Assembly (NCBI RefSeq): GCF_009914755.1 | Contig: NC_060928.1 | Length of the DNA stretch: 64,000 nt | DNA from: the human T2T-CHM13v2.0 reference genome, Homo sapiens | Reading direction: 5' to 3' (one strand) | Shown: in pieces, positions 1 through 12,100 of the stretch | How the letters are laid out: each line of letters opens with the position of its first letter | How positions within the stretch are numbered: the stretch's first letter is position 1 | Translations under genes and position numbers: made by a program | The notes under the pieces: model-generated | The model's input: the letters and a program-made list of their open reading frames with translations, nothing else | What the model was told of the DNA's origin: nothing | Databases searched by the model: none

Positions 1-384
1 TTCTGTCAAAAGAAATCTAACATCAAAGTTTTCTATTACTAATTTGAGTTTTGAAGATATTGAATAAAATAGAAGTTGCTGTTAGAAAGGGTAAAAATCT
101 TATTGAAAAAGATTAAAGGAATAAGATGATGAAGCAGTTCAGTTTTCTCATTAGCTATATTTTAAAATTCAACTCTGAATTATGTATATAAAGGAGGTGC
201 ACTTATAAAATCAGGAAACATCTCAATATCAGAAATTAAGAGTAAAGCTAAATCAACCCACATATGATGAGTATACTTTAAAAACAACACAAAAGGAGAT
301 ACAGTTTGTGAGAATTCAGAAGAAAGGTTATTCGTCTTAGGTCAGAATGAGTGGGTATTAAGGGGCATGATGATCTAGAAAACT

Positions 385-873
385 TGAGGCAGGAGAACAG
401 AGCCTGGAGGCAGACAGGGAACCTAAGGCTGCTTTGCACTGACTTCCTAGAACTGAATCAAAAGGAAGACCCACCCCTCCATGCCCAAGCAACAAAAGGA
501 TCAGAGGCTACTCTCTTTGTAACCCCCACCTTTCCACTGCATGGCAGATGAAAAATGCAAAATATATCTGATTCGTACACTCTCACAACCAATCGGATTT
601 GTTGCAGGACAAGTCTCCATTTATTAATACATAGATTATAACCAAGTATCTAATTGGAAACCTGTAGAGGGTACTTAAATCACAGAAGATTTTGCCAGTG
701 ATCTTGAGCTGCTTGTACCAGCCCAATCCCAATCTTTGGAGTGCATTTTTTTTTTCAATAAATCTATGTTTTCGTTGCTTCATTCTTTGGTTGCTTTGTG
801 TGTTTTGTCCAATTCTTTGTTCAAAACACCAAAAACCTGGACAAATTGTGGTCAAAACCTTCTACTGGTGACA
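385..873 (+). mobile_element. ERV1 solo LTR, MER51-like
   Basis: Starts TGAGGCAGGAGAACAG...GGGAACCTAAGGC...GACTTCCTAGAACTGAATCAAAAGG, has AATAAA near 758 and ends ...CTACTGGTGACA, resembling the recalled MER51 consensus; TG...CA termini. Confidence 0.75.
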
Positions 874-959
874 AGTTGTTAGAGGAGAATACAATTAGTA
901 TCATCCTTGAAGATCTGTAGTTAGTAATGTATTAACTGTCAAATATAGAAAAATGCATT

Positions 960-1500
960 TGTTACAGATCGCAGGCTCAACTACTCACCACTTACAAAAC
1001 CAAAAAACCAGGACAAAGTGCGATGAAAGAAAAGTGATTTCAATTCCATAGCTAGAAGTGAAGAAATGGTCCAGGTTCTGGCCTTAAATAAATTATTTCA
1101 GCTTTTTGGGTCAAGGGTAAGGGGAGGTTGCTATGATAGGCATGCAGGAGTGATAAAGAGGTGCCAGTCTATGTGACTTGTTTCAGCAGCTACCTTGGGC
1201 TGTCTCATGGATGAATGGGCTGTCACCATCTTGGGTACAGCTGGGTTGCAAAGTGACTGCAGGCTTGAAGTAATGTTCAAGTGGGGGAGAATCCTGTAGT
1301 GGCCTTAATTGTTTCAAGATTTAGTCTCTGTAGCTTCTAAACAAACGCACAACTAGATAAGGGAAACATTGTGCAAAGGGGTGCCTGGTGAAAAGAAGAG
1401 CAAAGATTATCTCATTTTTGCAGAAAGAAGGAGAGTAAAGACTATTCTCTCCTTATTAAAGGCAAGACAACAAATGGGTAGAACAGAGAAAGACAGAGAG
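960..1500 (-). mobile_element. Probable ERV LTR fragment (family undetermined)
   Basis: Begins TGTTACAGATCGCAGGCTC, like the reverse complement of an ERV1 LTR 3' end; GC above background. Family not recognised. Confidence 0.35.
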
Positions 1501-1524
1501 AGAAAAAACAACTTTTAAAAGTTT

Positions 1525-1850
1525 ATTTTAATGTTTATTTGTTTATTTTGGAGGCAGAGTCTCCCTTTGTCACCCAGACTGGGGTGTAGTGGTGTGACCA
1601 TGCTCACTGCAGCCTATACCTCCCTGGCTCAAGCAATCCTCCTACCTCAGCTTCCCGAGTAACTGAGACTACAGTCATGTGCCACTGTGCCCAGTTCATT
1701 TTTTATTTTTGTTTTTATTTTATGTAAAGACTGGGTTTCACTATGTTGCCCAGGCTGGTCTTGAACTCCTGTTCTCAAGCAGTCATCCTGCCTCAGCCTC
1801 CCAAAGTGCTGGGATTATAGGGATGACTCACCATTCTTCACACCTGGCCT
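1525..1850 (-). mobile_element. Alu, AluJ-type (old)
   Basis: Antisense Alu with J-type stretches (GCTCACTGCAGCC, GGCTCAAGCAATCCTCC); flanked by a degenerate AAAAAA(C/T)AACTTTTAA duplication at ~1503 and ~1851. Confidence 0.9.
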
Positions 1851-2049
1851 AAAAAAATAAACTTTTAAGCACACTCAATTATGTATTTTCTCTTAATATG
1901 TTTTTGAAATTTTTAATTCTAGTTTTGCTATTACAACCAATAGCATAATGTCATACTTGCAGATATACCGTGAAGTACCCTTCCAAGTATACCTATGGTT
2001 TAATTCTTTAGCAACACTTGATTGTAAGGTTATTGAATTTTTAATTCCA

Positions 2050-2690
2050 TAACATGGGGAAATAAACCTCCCCTAGATTTTTTAGTGCTCCTGCCAAAGC
2101 CTTTGCCTTCTGAGACTCTTCAGATACTAGGAGAATTATATCTATAGCCATTTGCCTAGTTAATTGCTCTACTGATTTAAAGGGATAATAAAATGTCCCT
2201 CACCCTCTGAGAAAACCAAATGGTTACAGCTCTGAACAGGTCTTGATAAGTTAAGACCCAGGGGATGAGGGAGACTAGAGAGCTTCCTCAGGTATTTACA
2301 TGTCAAAAAATAAAATAAAATCCCAGCATCTGGAGATATCTCTAGATATTAAACAGGACACAGGCAGTCTGTCTCCTGGACGGATTGAATTTACAGACAA
2401 AAAGGACTAAGTGTTTTTTGTTTCCAAGGAGATTCTTTAGATGTGGAAGAAAGAACAGCCTCCCTCCCCTTTATAAACTGAAAATAAAAATAATTTTCTT
2501 TCAACCCTTACATATGAAGTGCTCTACAGCTCACATATAATATTTGACATGGTTCACTGTGCACCATTCCAATAGTAGGCAATGGGGCAGGGGGTACCAG
2601 GACACTTATTAACTGTGAAGTAATTAATCATAAACCTATTTCTGGTACAGAACACTTCCTTGTGCATATGCAGAATAAAATTAATAAAGA
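2050..2690 (+). mobile_element. Possible old LTR (unclassified)
   Basis: TATA-like TTATAAA at ~2471 and AATAAA motifs at ~2674-2688 with LTR-like composition; no family recognised. Confidence 0.25.
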
Positions 2691-2693
2691 TGT

Positions 2694-2860
2694 TGTTGTA
2701 GTCTGTTTGCATTGCTATAAAGGAATACCTGACACTGGGTAATTTACAAAGAAAAAAGGTTTACTTTGGCTCACAACTTCCGCAAGCTGTACAGGAAGCA
2801 CGGTACTGGCATCTGCTCCTGGTGAGGGCCTCAGGAAGCTTCCACTCATGACATAAGGCC
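2694..2860 (-). mobile_element. MaLR LTR fragment (MST-type)
   Basis: GTCTGTTTGCATTGCTATAAAGGAATACCTGACACTGGGTAATTTACAAAGAAAA is the reverse complement of the MST/THE1 LTR 3' end; truncated at the adjacent L1. Confidence 0.85.
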
Positions 2861-2861
2861 A

Positions 2862-3360
2862 ATGTGCTGGAAAGTTTTCTTTATGTTTTTTTCTAGTAGT
2901 TTTATAGTTTCAGGTCTCACATTTAAGTCTTTCATTAATGTTGAGTTGACTTTTGTATATGGTGAGAGATAGGGGTCTAGATTCATTGTTTTACATATAG
3001 TAACAGGTTTTTCAAAAACAATTTATTGAAGAGGCTGTCCTTTTTCTAATGTAAATTCTGGACACATTTGTCGAAAATCAGTTGGATTTATTTCTGGGTT
3101 CTTTATTCTGTATCATTGGTTTATGTCTCTGTTTTTAGACCTGTACCATACTGTATTGATTACTACAGCTTTGTAGTATATTTTGAAGCCAGGTAATGTA
3201 ATACCTCCAGTTTCATTTTTTTTTTACTGAGGATTGCTTTAGCTATTGGAGATCTTTTGTGGTTCTATACAAATTTCAGTTTTTATTTTTTCTATTTCTG
3301 TGGGGAATGTCCTTAGTATTTTGATAGGGATTGCACTGAATCTGTAGTTCTTCTAGGGTA
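2862..3360 (-). mobile_element. L1 (L1M-type) ORF2 fragment
   Basis: TAGTTTCAGGTCTCACATTTAAGTC...GGTGAGAGATAGGGGTCTAG...GATAGGGATTGCACTGAATCTGTAG is antisense L1 ORF2. Confidence 0.85.
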
Positions 3361-3361
3361 G

Positions 3362-3726
3362 TGATATGGTTTGGCTCTGTCTCCCCACCCAAATCTTGTC
3401 TCAAATTGTAATCTCCAAGTGTCAGAGGAGGGGTCTGGTCGGAGGTGATTGAATTAAGGGGGCAGACTTCCCGTGTGCTGTTCTTGTGATAGTAAGTTCT
3501 CATGAGATCTGATGGTTTAAAAGTGTGTGGTGCTGCCCCCTTCACTCTCTCTCTCTCCTGCCTCTATGTAAAACATTCCTTGGTTCCCTTTCAACTTGTG
3601 CCTTGATTTTAAATTTCCTGAGGCTTCCCCAGCCAGGAGGAAGTGCGCATCAATTAAACCTCTTTTCTATATAAATTACCCAGTCTCAGGTAGTTATTTA
3701 TAGCAGTGTGAAAATGGACTAACACA
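3362..3726 (+). mobile_element. MaLR solo LTR, THE1D/MSTA-type
   Basis: TGATATGGTTTGGCTCTG...CCCCACCCAAATC start and AATTACCCAGTCTCAGGTAG...GGACTAACACA end; 365 bp. Confidence 0.9.
3446..3456 (-). promoter_or_regulatory. DUX4 consensus motif within THE1/MST LTR
   Basis: TGATTGAATTA reads TAATTCAATCA on the minus strand, an exact match to TAAYYYAATCA; binding not demonstrated. Confidence 0.5.
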
Positions 3727-4326
3727 GACAGTACTGGTAGTATTCTTTTTTTTCTCCTAATGTAGCTACAATAGTGTTTGAATTGGAGAGGATTCATCAC
3801 TTGACTTCATCCACATTGTATTCCAGTTGTGTCTCCACATAGTTTTGTTAGTTCAGTGGAATTTTTATTTTGTTTTTCCAATTTTGTGAATATTTATTCT
3901 GTGGCTGAAATTTCTCAGAGTTTTGCTGTTGTTGTTTTCTTTTTCTTTAATTTTTCTCATTTTCTGTTTGGGTCCAAGCCACTCTTCTCTACATTTCTCC
4001 AACCCCTGACAGTAGGATGAAGATTAAGTTCTAGACCTGCTCACATCACGGTTTTAGTCCTACTAAATGTGGGTCGATGTAGGGGAAAAAAAGAAAAAAA
4101 AATCTTTCAAGATTCCTCATCTTAACTGGTCTCCTAACCCCAGCTTGACAAAACCAGGAAAATAAAATCTAAGTGTGCAGTATCAGAAAGTTATGTCATG
4201 TAAGAGTGGCTTTTGTTTTCAGATTTTTCATGTCATTCTAGGTCTAGGATCTCTTTTCAGTTTTGCCTGGTTGCCCTTCTTTTTCCCTCCCCACATTTTT
4301 TCACTGCTTACTTCTTTCAAGACAAT

Positions 4327-4365
4327 TGTGTGTGTGTGTGTGTATGTGTGTGTGTGTGTGTGTGT
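4327..4365. repeat. (TG)n microsatellite
   Basis: About 19 TG units with one TA interruption. Confidence 0.95.
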
Positions 4366-5077
4366 ATTTAGCATTTTATTCCCTGACGATAGGCTTAGAA
4401 TAACCTAGTCTTTCATCACATAAATGAGATGAAATAGAATCTGAGATTCTTTTCAATGGCAATCCTCAGAAAATAAGAAAACTGTGATTACTGGAAAGAA
4501 ACAAAAGGACTCAGCTTAAAATTGTATATCAAGCTATATGAATAAATACAGATAGGATTACTAAAAAGAGGAATCTATAGAGTGATGAAATAAATCAGAA
4601 AATTTTAAAGACAATCTGATCAAAAGAATAGAAAAAGATAATGAGTTTACTAAAGGAATAATAAACATGCTAGTCAAGAAATCAAGACAATGGAGTGGCC
4701 CAGGATAAATGAAGGGTAGAATTATGAGGTGATGTGTATAATAATGTCAAATTTTTCAGAAATGTTTTTCTTAATTATTTAGTTCAGCAAACATTTTATT
4801 GCATTATTATTGTTACTTTTGGGATAGTAAATAAAAACAAGATAAAGTCTTCAGTCTTTATTTTAGATCTAATAGATAAAAAGTAGGCAAATCTACAAGT
4901 AAATGAACTAAAGAATCATTCTTCCTATGATAAATGTTTGTATATTATACAGGAGAGAATGTTGCTACCTATACTTTCTGATGCTTGGTTTTGAGGTTAG
5001 AGGTTAGGAAACAAATGTATGGAACAGTGAGAAGATCTATAATTGAAACTATGTCAAGAGTGTCAAAGGCTAAATGA

Positions 5078-5429
<352 letters not shown>

Positions 5430-5442
5430 ACTGAAGACTTTT

Positions 5443-6356
5443 TATTTCTTTATTTTTTTATTTTTTATTTTTATACTTTAAGTTCTGGGTTACATGTGCA
5501 GAACTTGCAGTTTTTTTTTTGTTGTTGTTTTGTTTGTTTGTTTTTTTAGATGGAGTCTCGCTCTTTCGCCCAGGCTGGACTGCAGTGGCGTGATCTCAGC
5601 TCACTGAAAGCTCGCCTCCCGGGTTCACGCCATTCTCCTGCCTCAGCCTACCGAGTAGCTGGGACTACAGGCACCCGCCACCGCACCTGGCTAATTTTTT
5701 GTATTTTTAGTAGAGACGGGATTTCACCGTGTTAGCCAAGATGGTCTCAATCTCCTGACCTCTTGATCTGCCCGCCTCGGCCTCCCAAAGTGCTGGTATT
5801 ACAGGCGTGAGCCGCCGTGACCGGCCAGAAATTGCAGTTTTGTTACATAGGTATAGACGTGCCATGGTGGTTTGCTGAACCCACCAACCCGCGGCCTACA
5901 TTAGGCATTTCTCCTAATGTTATCCCTCCCATAGCCCCCCACCCCCGCAACAGGCCCCAGTCTGTAATGTTCCCCTCCCTGTGTCCATGTGTTCTCATTG
6001 TTCAACTCTCACTTATGAGTGAGAACATGTGGTGTTTGGTTTTCTGATCTTATGGTAGTTTGCTGAGAATGATGGTTTCCAGCTTCATCCATGTCCCTGC
6101 AAAGGACATGAACTCATCCTTTTTTACGGCTGCATAGTATTCCACGGTGTATATGTGCCACATTTTCTTAATACGGTCTATCATTGATGGACATTTGGGT
6201 TGGTTCCAAGTCTTTGCTATTGTGAATAGTGCTGCAATAAACGTACGTGGGCATGTGTCTTTATAGCAGCATGATTTATAATCCTTTGGTTATACGACCA
6301 GTAATGGGGTTGCTGGGTCAAATGGTATTTCTAGTTCTAGATTCTTGAGGAACCTC
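5443..6356 (-). mobile_element. L1PA (approx. L1PA7/8) 3' end, interrupted by an Alu
   Basis: T-rich tail, then TATACTTTAAGTTCTGGGTTACATGTGCAG and antisense 3'UTR/ORF2 end; TSD CA(C/A)TGAAGACTTTT at 5429-5442 and 6357-6370. Confidence 0.92.
5515..5826 (-). mobile_element. AluY-class element nested in the L1PA 3'UTR
   Basis: GGGTTCACGCCATTCTCC and CCGTGTTAGCCA are Y diagnostics; TSD AGAA(C/A)TTGCAGTTTT at 5500-5514 and 5827-5841. Confidence 0.92.
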
Positions 6357-6919
6357 CAATGAAGACTTTTAAAGGGGTTATTGCTGGTCAGGAATTGGGA
6401 AACAAGACCCGTTTATTCTAAAAAATGATGAAAATAAAGAGTAGAGATAAAGCTTAAAAAGTATTTTATTGCTATAAAGTTACATAGCATTCTCTACCTG
6501 GATATAAATGTGACTACTTCTTTTGGCTGACTGGATTAATATAATATCAATGATAAGCATAGGTTTTAGCTACATATACATATCTGGAATTATGTCTGTA
6601 CATCATCAAAATAGTATGAAATATTTTTTAATTTCTTAATTACAAGCTTGGCATGTCTTATAAGCATCCTCCTACATGCAGTAAGAATACATTTGAATAT
6701 AAATATTTGTGGTTGATATTATCACCAAAGTACATAAAGCAATTAAAATATTTATCCCACTTTATATATAATTTATTCAATAAAATAGCAATCTAAGATC
6801 TACTGAGGAAATAAATGTATATTAAAGGAGGTGGTAAAACATAAAATACCAGAGAGTATTGGCACATTTAATGTAGGAGTAGTGGCATATTTAATGTCAT
6901 AAAGCTTGGTATGGAAAAA

Positions 6920-7030
6920 TATGGCTATGAGTTTTGGGTCTACCATTTATTTGCTTCATGACCTTGTATATCACATTGCCTATACCATTTTATTCTGCAT
7001 GTGTTCGTTTGTAATAGGATAATGCAAGTT
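6920..7030 (+). mobile_element. MIR fragment
   Basis: Degenerate MIR core (TCTACCATTTATTTGCTTCATGACCTTG...TTTGTAATAGGATAAT). Confidence 0.45.
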
Positions 7031-7052
7031 TACTGCTTGTCATAGACATTAG

Positions 7053-7226
7053 ATACAAGGATGCTTTTGGTACTCTTCTTTACATTTTGGATGTTCAGCC
7101 ATGATCCCCTTAGAAAACCTTGCCATGCTATGTGATGCGTGCCTATCTGATAGGAAGACTTACTGAGGGATCCAGAATAAATCTGCATATAAAATATTAT
7201 TAAAGTTTATTTTCATAGTAGGCATT
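7053..7226 (+). repeat. Copy 1 of a diverged local duplication (partner 9825-9999)
   Basis: Shares CTTAGAAAACCTTGCCA, TATGTGAT, TCTGATA, AAATATTA and ATAGTAGGCATT collinearly with 9825-9999. Confidence 0.75.
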
Positions 7227-7764
7227 TAGTATTCAGTAAAGTAAAATGGCACTATTATTACTGTAATCCATTGGACCCTCCTTATGTGATCCTCAATATA
7301 TCATATTGTAAGCAATATGATAAGCAACAGAAAGTAGTAATATGATAAATAAGGAGTTTCAGGAGATCATTTACTTTGCCTTAAAATCTTACCCCGTATT
7401 CCTAAATGCAAAAAGCTTTCTAGTGACAATTTATTTTATATTTCATTGAAGGAGATCATAAAAAGATGCCGGTGTCTGTTCTATACCTTCATCAGCCATT
7501 AGGCAGGCAACGGAATTTGGTACTCACTCACTTTAAGATGCCATATGGGTACAGTGGTAAGAAACTGGTAGCTCCAAAGAACAGTTAATTATATTCTTCA
7601 AATGTGGCCTTTAATTATAGGTTAGTATTGGTTAAAAGTTCTCATCAGCAATTCTTGCTGCTTGTGTCTTCTCAAAATACTCTTGGAAGAGCCCTGTTTT
7701 TCTAAAATGTGGTATAGTATCATAGGAAATGCAGCATCTTTAAGACAGATATTTATTGTTTTGA

Positions 7765-7900
7765 ATACCCAGATCCTGTAGTAACTAGCTAGGTAACACA
7801 TTGATTTCTTTTTCTGTAGAAGGGTGAGAACAAAAGTTCCTATCTTGCAGTGGTGATGTGAGAGTTCAAATTAATGTACTAAAGAACTGTTAGCTAGTAG
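7765..7900 (+). mobile_element. MIR fragment
   Basis: Degenerate MIR-like stretch (TTCTGTAGAAGGGTGAGAAC...CCTATCTTGCAGTGGTGATGTGAGAGTTCAAAT). Confidence 0.4.
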
Positions 7901-8130
7901 ACCCTCAGTGAAGAACAACTATTATCGATATCTTCTTGTACAACCACAGAAACTTAAGAGCATGATAATGTAGAGTAAAGGTACCCAGTATCTTGAAACA
8001 TCTGGCCAATCCTGAAAGTTTACAGGGGAAAGTAGAGTGTTTTAAATTTTTAAGAAAATACAGTGACATTTCATGGGGACCTTATGGGCTACAGCTCAAA
8101 GTCGTTCACAGTTTCAATATTAAGTTAAAT

Positions 8131-8265
8131 TTTTGCAAATCTGAGTTTCTAATGATTGTTGTAATAAAAAGCAAGGACTACATGAAAATCTATGTAGAAC
8201 AGGAAATAAGAGTAGCAGTACCCAATCTGATTCCAAAGTTTTAAGAATTTTGTGTGCCCAACATA
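8131..8265 (+). mobile_element. hAT-Charlie DNA transposon remnant (transposase C-terminus)
   Basis: Translation CKSEFL..VIKSKDYMKIYVEQEIRVAVPNLIPKF resembles the hAT C-terminal dimerisation motif CE.GFS...KSKYR..LNVE.EMRVA.S...PRF. Confidence 0.65.
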
Positions 8266-8639
8266 GTCAATAATTTTGATAATCTGTAAATACTTATTAA
8301 TTTGTTTGGGCTTAACTATTTAATCGTTTAATAAATGAAACTGCTAGGTAGACTTTTTTTTCTTCTAACTCCACCTTGATAAGATTACTGAGATACTAAG
8401 GACATTGACACCAAGAGGGTTTGGAGACTTCTGCTTGAATGGTTCTTTTCAGCCCTTAATCTAGGCCATATCTTATCATCATATATCTCCCAATAAAAAT
8501 ATTTGCACATACATCTGCAAAATAGTTATAATGATCATTAGTTTATGTATATATATACCACTATTATTATTTTATAGACAGGTAATAGACATGTAAATAT
8601 GTATAATTAAGTTAATAAACTTGAGAAAATATTGTAATT

Positions 8640-8900
8640 TTGGCAAGAAGGCATGTATAAAAATTTATTCTCATTATTGCTAACAGAAAAAAATTGCCAA
8701 AAAATGTGTCCATCAACAGAGAAAAAAAGTAAATTGTCACACATTCTTAAAATGGTATATTATGTGACTGTAAAAGGAAATGATAATTATTTTTATATTT
8801 TTCACCATGTTGTATTATAAAAACTGTGATAAGTCTAATATGAACAACCACATTATCTTCGAAGCTACTTGATAAGGGAAACATATGATATTACACCATT
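8640..8900 (+). mobile_element. Old L1 (L1ME-type) 3' fragment
   Basis: AAATGTGTCCATCAACAGAG...AAATTGTCACACATTC..AAAATGGTATATTAT resembles the L1 ORF2 end/3'UTR. Confidence 0.5.
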
Positions 8901-8920
8901 AATATAATAGCTTATATGTA

Positions 8921-9255
8921 TTTTTAAAGTATTTTTGTAGAGAAGTTTTAGTTCACAGCAAAATTAAGAGAGGCACAGAGATGGCCCATGTAACCCTAGT
9001 CTCCACATGTGCATAGCTTCCCCCATTATTAACATCCCCAACAAGAGTAGTGTATTTGTTATAATTGAACAACCTGCATTGACACATTAGTATCACCTCG
9101 AGTCCACAGATTACATTAGGACTCACTCTTGGTGTTGAACAGTCTATAGGTTTGGACAATGTGCAATATATATCCATTATTTTAGTGTCATACAAAGTAT
9201 TTTCACTGCTCTAAATATCTTCTGTGATCTGCTTATTTAACCCTCCTCCTTCCAC
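8921..9255 (-). mobile_element. L1MC1/L1MC2-type 3' end
   Basis: TTTTAGTTCACAGCAAAATTAAG...CCCCCATTATTAACATCCCC...ACATTAGGACTCACTCTTGGTGTTG, typical of an antisense L1MC 3'UTR. Confidence 0.8.
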
Positions 9256-9824
9256 ATGCTTTTTAAAATAAAAAGTATAAAAATCTTCATGGAAATGATA
9301 AACATCAAAGGAAGAACAGAGATATCAGGGAACATGTTGTTAGAGTGAGGTATATAGGGAAGTTATTATTTATTTAATTTTCTCAGCTATTTTTATATTT
9401 CTGCAATTTTTACTATATTTTCACACTTCTTTGTTTTAAAAAAGCACACACATTATTTTGAAAAGACTATATTTATTGTAGGTACTTTTGTTGGTAATAT
9501 TATAACATAAAAACAATGATAAATTTTTAGATGCTTTTCAGTCTAAGATTTTCAATCTAAGCATCTAAAAATTCATTATCGTTTTTATATTATAGTGTTA
9601 CTGACAAAAGTACATACAATTTGGAAAATTTTGAGTAAAATATATTTTTTTCTTGGTGGGTGGTGAGTGTTTGCTTATTTTTTGTAGCATTATTGATATT
9701 TTATTTCATAGTATTTTTTTCCAGACTCATTTTAAGCAAAAAAAATTGTTTAGATAAACTATTAGCTATATTAACCTGGTGCATAAAAATTGTAGCACAC
9801 TACCACAAACTAAACATGAATAAA

Positions 9825-9999
9825 ATAGAAGGATGTTTTTAGTATTTGTTCCAATGTTTTAGACGACCTTCCATGCTTAGAAAACCTTGCCAGTTTTATG
9901 TGATATACATACTTGTCTGATAAGAATCACTATAGAAGGCTCCAGGGTCAATCCACATAAGAAATATTAGTAAAACTTATTATTTTAATAGTAGGCATT
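9825..9999 (+). repeat. Copy 2 of a diverged local duplication (partner 7053-7226)
   Basis: Collinear similarity to 7053-7226, including an identical 17-mer at 9876 and 7109. Confidence 0.75.
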
Positions 10000-10941
10000 A
10001 TTTTGAAGATAAAATATATATAACTAAATGCTATAATATTTTCCTCCCATAATGCTATCCCCTGGTCACATATCCTGCTCTGGAAGACATTGATGGAGAT
10101 CGTAACAAAAGTGCCATTGAAACTTCTAGTGAAAACCTATAGACTCAGTTAAAAAAATACAAAAGCTTATTTCATTAGGGAAGTGAGTCTATTTAACACT
10201 TTGGATCATCATATCTTTTATGTTTCCCCTTGTTCTGTTCTAGGAAGGGCACAGTGAAAGTTATCCTTTTACAGGAAATGATAAAATAGCATATTCTGTA
10301 AGGCTGCATTTCTTTGCAATTAAAAAGACAAATCTTGCTACTTTTTGGCAAAATAAGATAGGCGCTTGAAAACTTTTTCAAATTGTTCTTCTTATACTTT
10401 CCTATAAAACCAAGGGACTCTAGATAATGTTTTACTTCAGAAATTCAAAATTGATAATCCCTAAACTGCCTAAGTATCTATGAAAACAAGATTTCTTCAG
10501 AAATATAAGTAATTTGAGTTAAAGAAAGTATGTGGTATGCTTTTAATATAATTCACTAAATGAAACTTCTTCAGTGCTGTCAATCAAATAAAATGGAGCA
10601 TGCAATCCATAATTATAACTGTCTATTTTTTTATAAGATGAAGATTTAATAGCATTTATAATTAACTACAGTTCATTAACATGAAGAAGCTGATCAGACA
10701 AATTTTAGTGAAATCCACTATGTAAAATATACATACGGATATATCTTATTTGGGCTAGTTCATATGTTAAAATAATTAAAAATAGTCTATTAGACTTTCC
10801 AAAAAACCTGACCTCATCAATATTTTGTCAGGAATAAACATCTAATAATTACCTAGTACATTTAACTACCTGAAAGCGAAAAAAAAATAATAACATTCTG
10901 TTAAAATAACTATTCAAGACTGATGTCTCCTTAATTTCTAG

Positions 10942-11386
10942 TGTATTAATTTGCTAGGGCTCCTATAACAAAATACCACACCCTGGGTGGCTTAAATGGT
11001 GGAAAATTTGTTGTCACATAGTTCCAAAGGCCAGAAGTCCAAAATCAAAGTGTCAGTAGGGCTGTGTCCTTCTAAGGGCAGTGAGAAAAATCTACTCCAT
11101 GTTTTTGCCAAACTTGTGATGGCTTCCTGGACTCTTTGGCATTCCTTGGCTTGTAGATGTGTCACTCCACGCTCCGCCTTCACCTTCACATATGTTTCCC
11201 TGTGTCCAAATTTCTCTTTTTATAAGGACGTCAGTCATTGGATTAGGACCTACACTAATGACCTCATCTTAACCAACTACATCTTTGAAGACCCTGTTTT
11301 CTAATAAAATCACATTCTGAGGTCCCGGGAGCACAAATTTAACATATGAGTTTGGTGGTGGGGCGATAAAGAATTCATCCACAACA
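10942..11386 (-). mobile_element. MaLR solo LTR, MLT1B/C-type
   Basis: TGTATTAATTTGCTAGGGCTCCTATAACAAAATACCACA...CACAACA; 5-bp TSD TCTAG/TCTAT. Confidence 0.88.
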
Positions 11387-11884
11387 TCTATAATAGTAAT
11401 CTATGATTAAACTTTGTGTGTCGGGGGGAAACCTCTCTGGAGGTCAAGTTACATTCCTTCTGCTGCACACTTATATATTTACTTGCTTCATTATATTTCT
11501 GTATTGCAATAATTATTTGCAAGTCAAGTTTGTCATCTCTAAGGTTATGCTTTCCTCAGAAACAACTTGTGTCAATTTTGTGGCATGAGAATGTTTGCAT
11601 AAGTAGTTTTTTATTTGCTCTAATCAGGACAGTTGTTAAGTTTGGAAAAGAGAAGGCTTTGTCTGATATTGATATAATACATAAAACTCAAGAAAAAATA
11701 TATTTATGCACATTACAGAAAGGTCTTAAAGCATCTGTAACTATATTGTTGAGCCCCGTTGTCTAATATACTGTTATCTGGTAGCCATCGTATTCAATTT
11801 ACAGTCTAATATTATTGCCTGTAATATTAAAGTAGATAAATGTACATATATTTATAAATAGTATCTACTAAGTGTAAATATTTT

Positions 11885-12100
11885 CAAAGGTCCTTTGTAA
11901 GTGTTTTGGATAACAGAATTTATTTAAACCTGAAACATCTGTAGAGGTAAGTATTATTATTATCTTCATTTTATTGATGGGGAAATTGAGGCACAGAGCT
12001 TTTCCAATGAGTTACTTGTGTAATAAGCATCAGAACCAGAGTGACAACACAGGTAGATGCTCTAGAGCCCCCTGATTTAATCATAACACTAAGCTGTCTC
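11885..12100 (-). mobile_element. MIR
   Basis: TATTATTATCTTCATTTTATTGATGGGGAAATTGAGGCACAGAG is the antisense MIR core. Confidence 0.8.

Noticed and set aside
7158-7205. Possible 19-nt minus-strand microexon (TATGCAG|ATTTATTCTGGATCCCTCA|GTAAGT)
   Set aside because: Weak polypyrimidine tract, not frame-preserving, signals absent from the paralogous copy, no host gene evident; expected by chance without RNA evidence.
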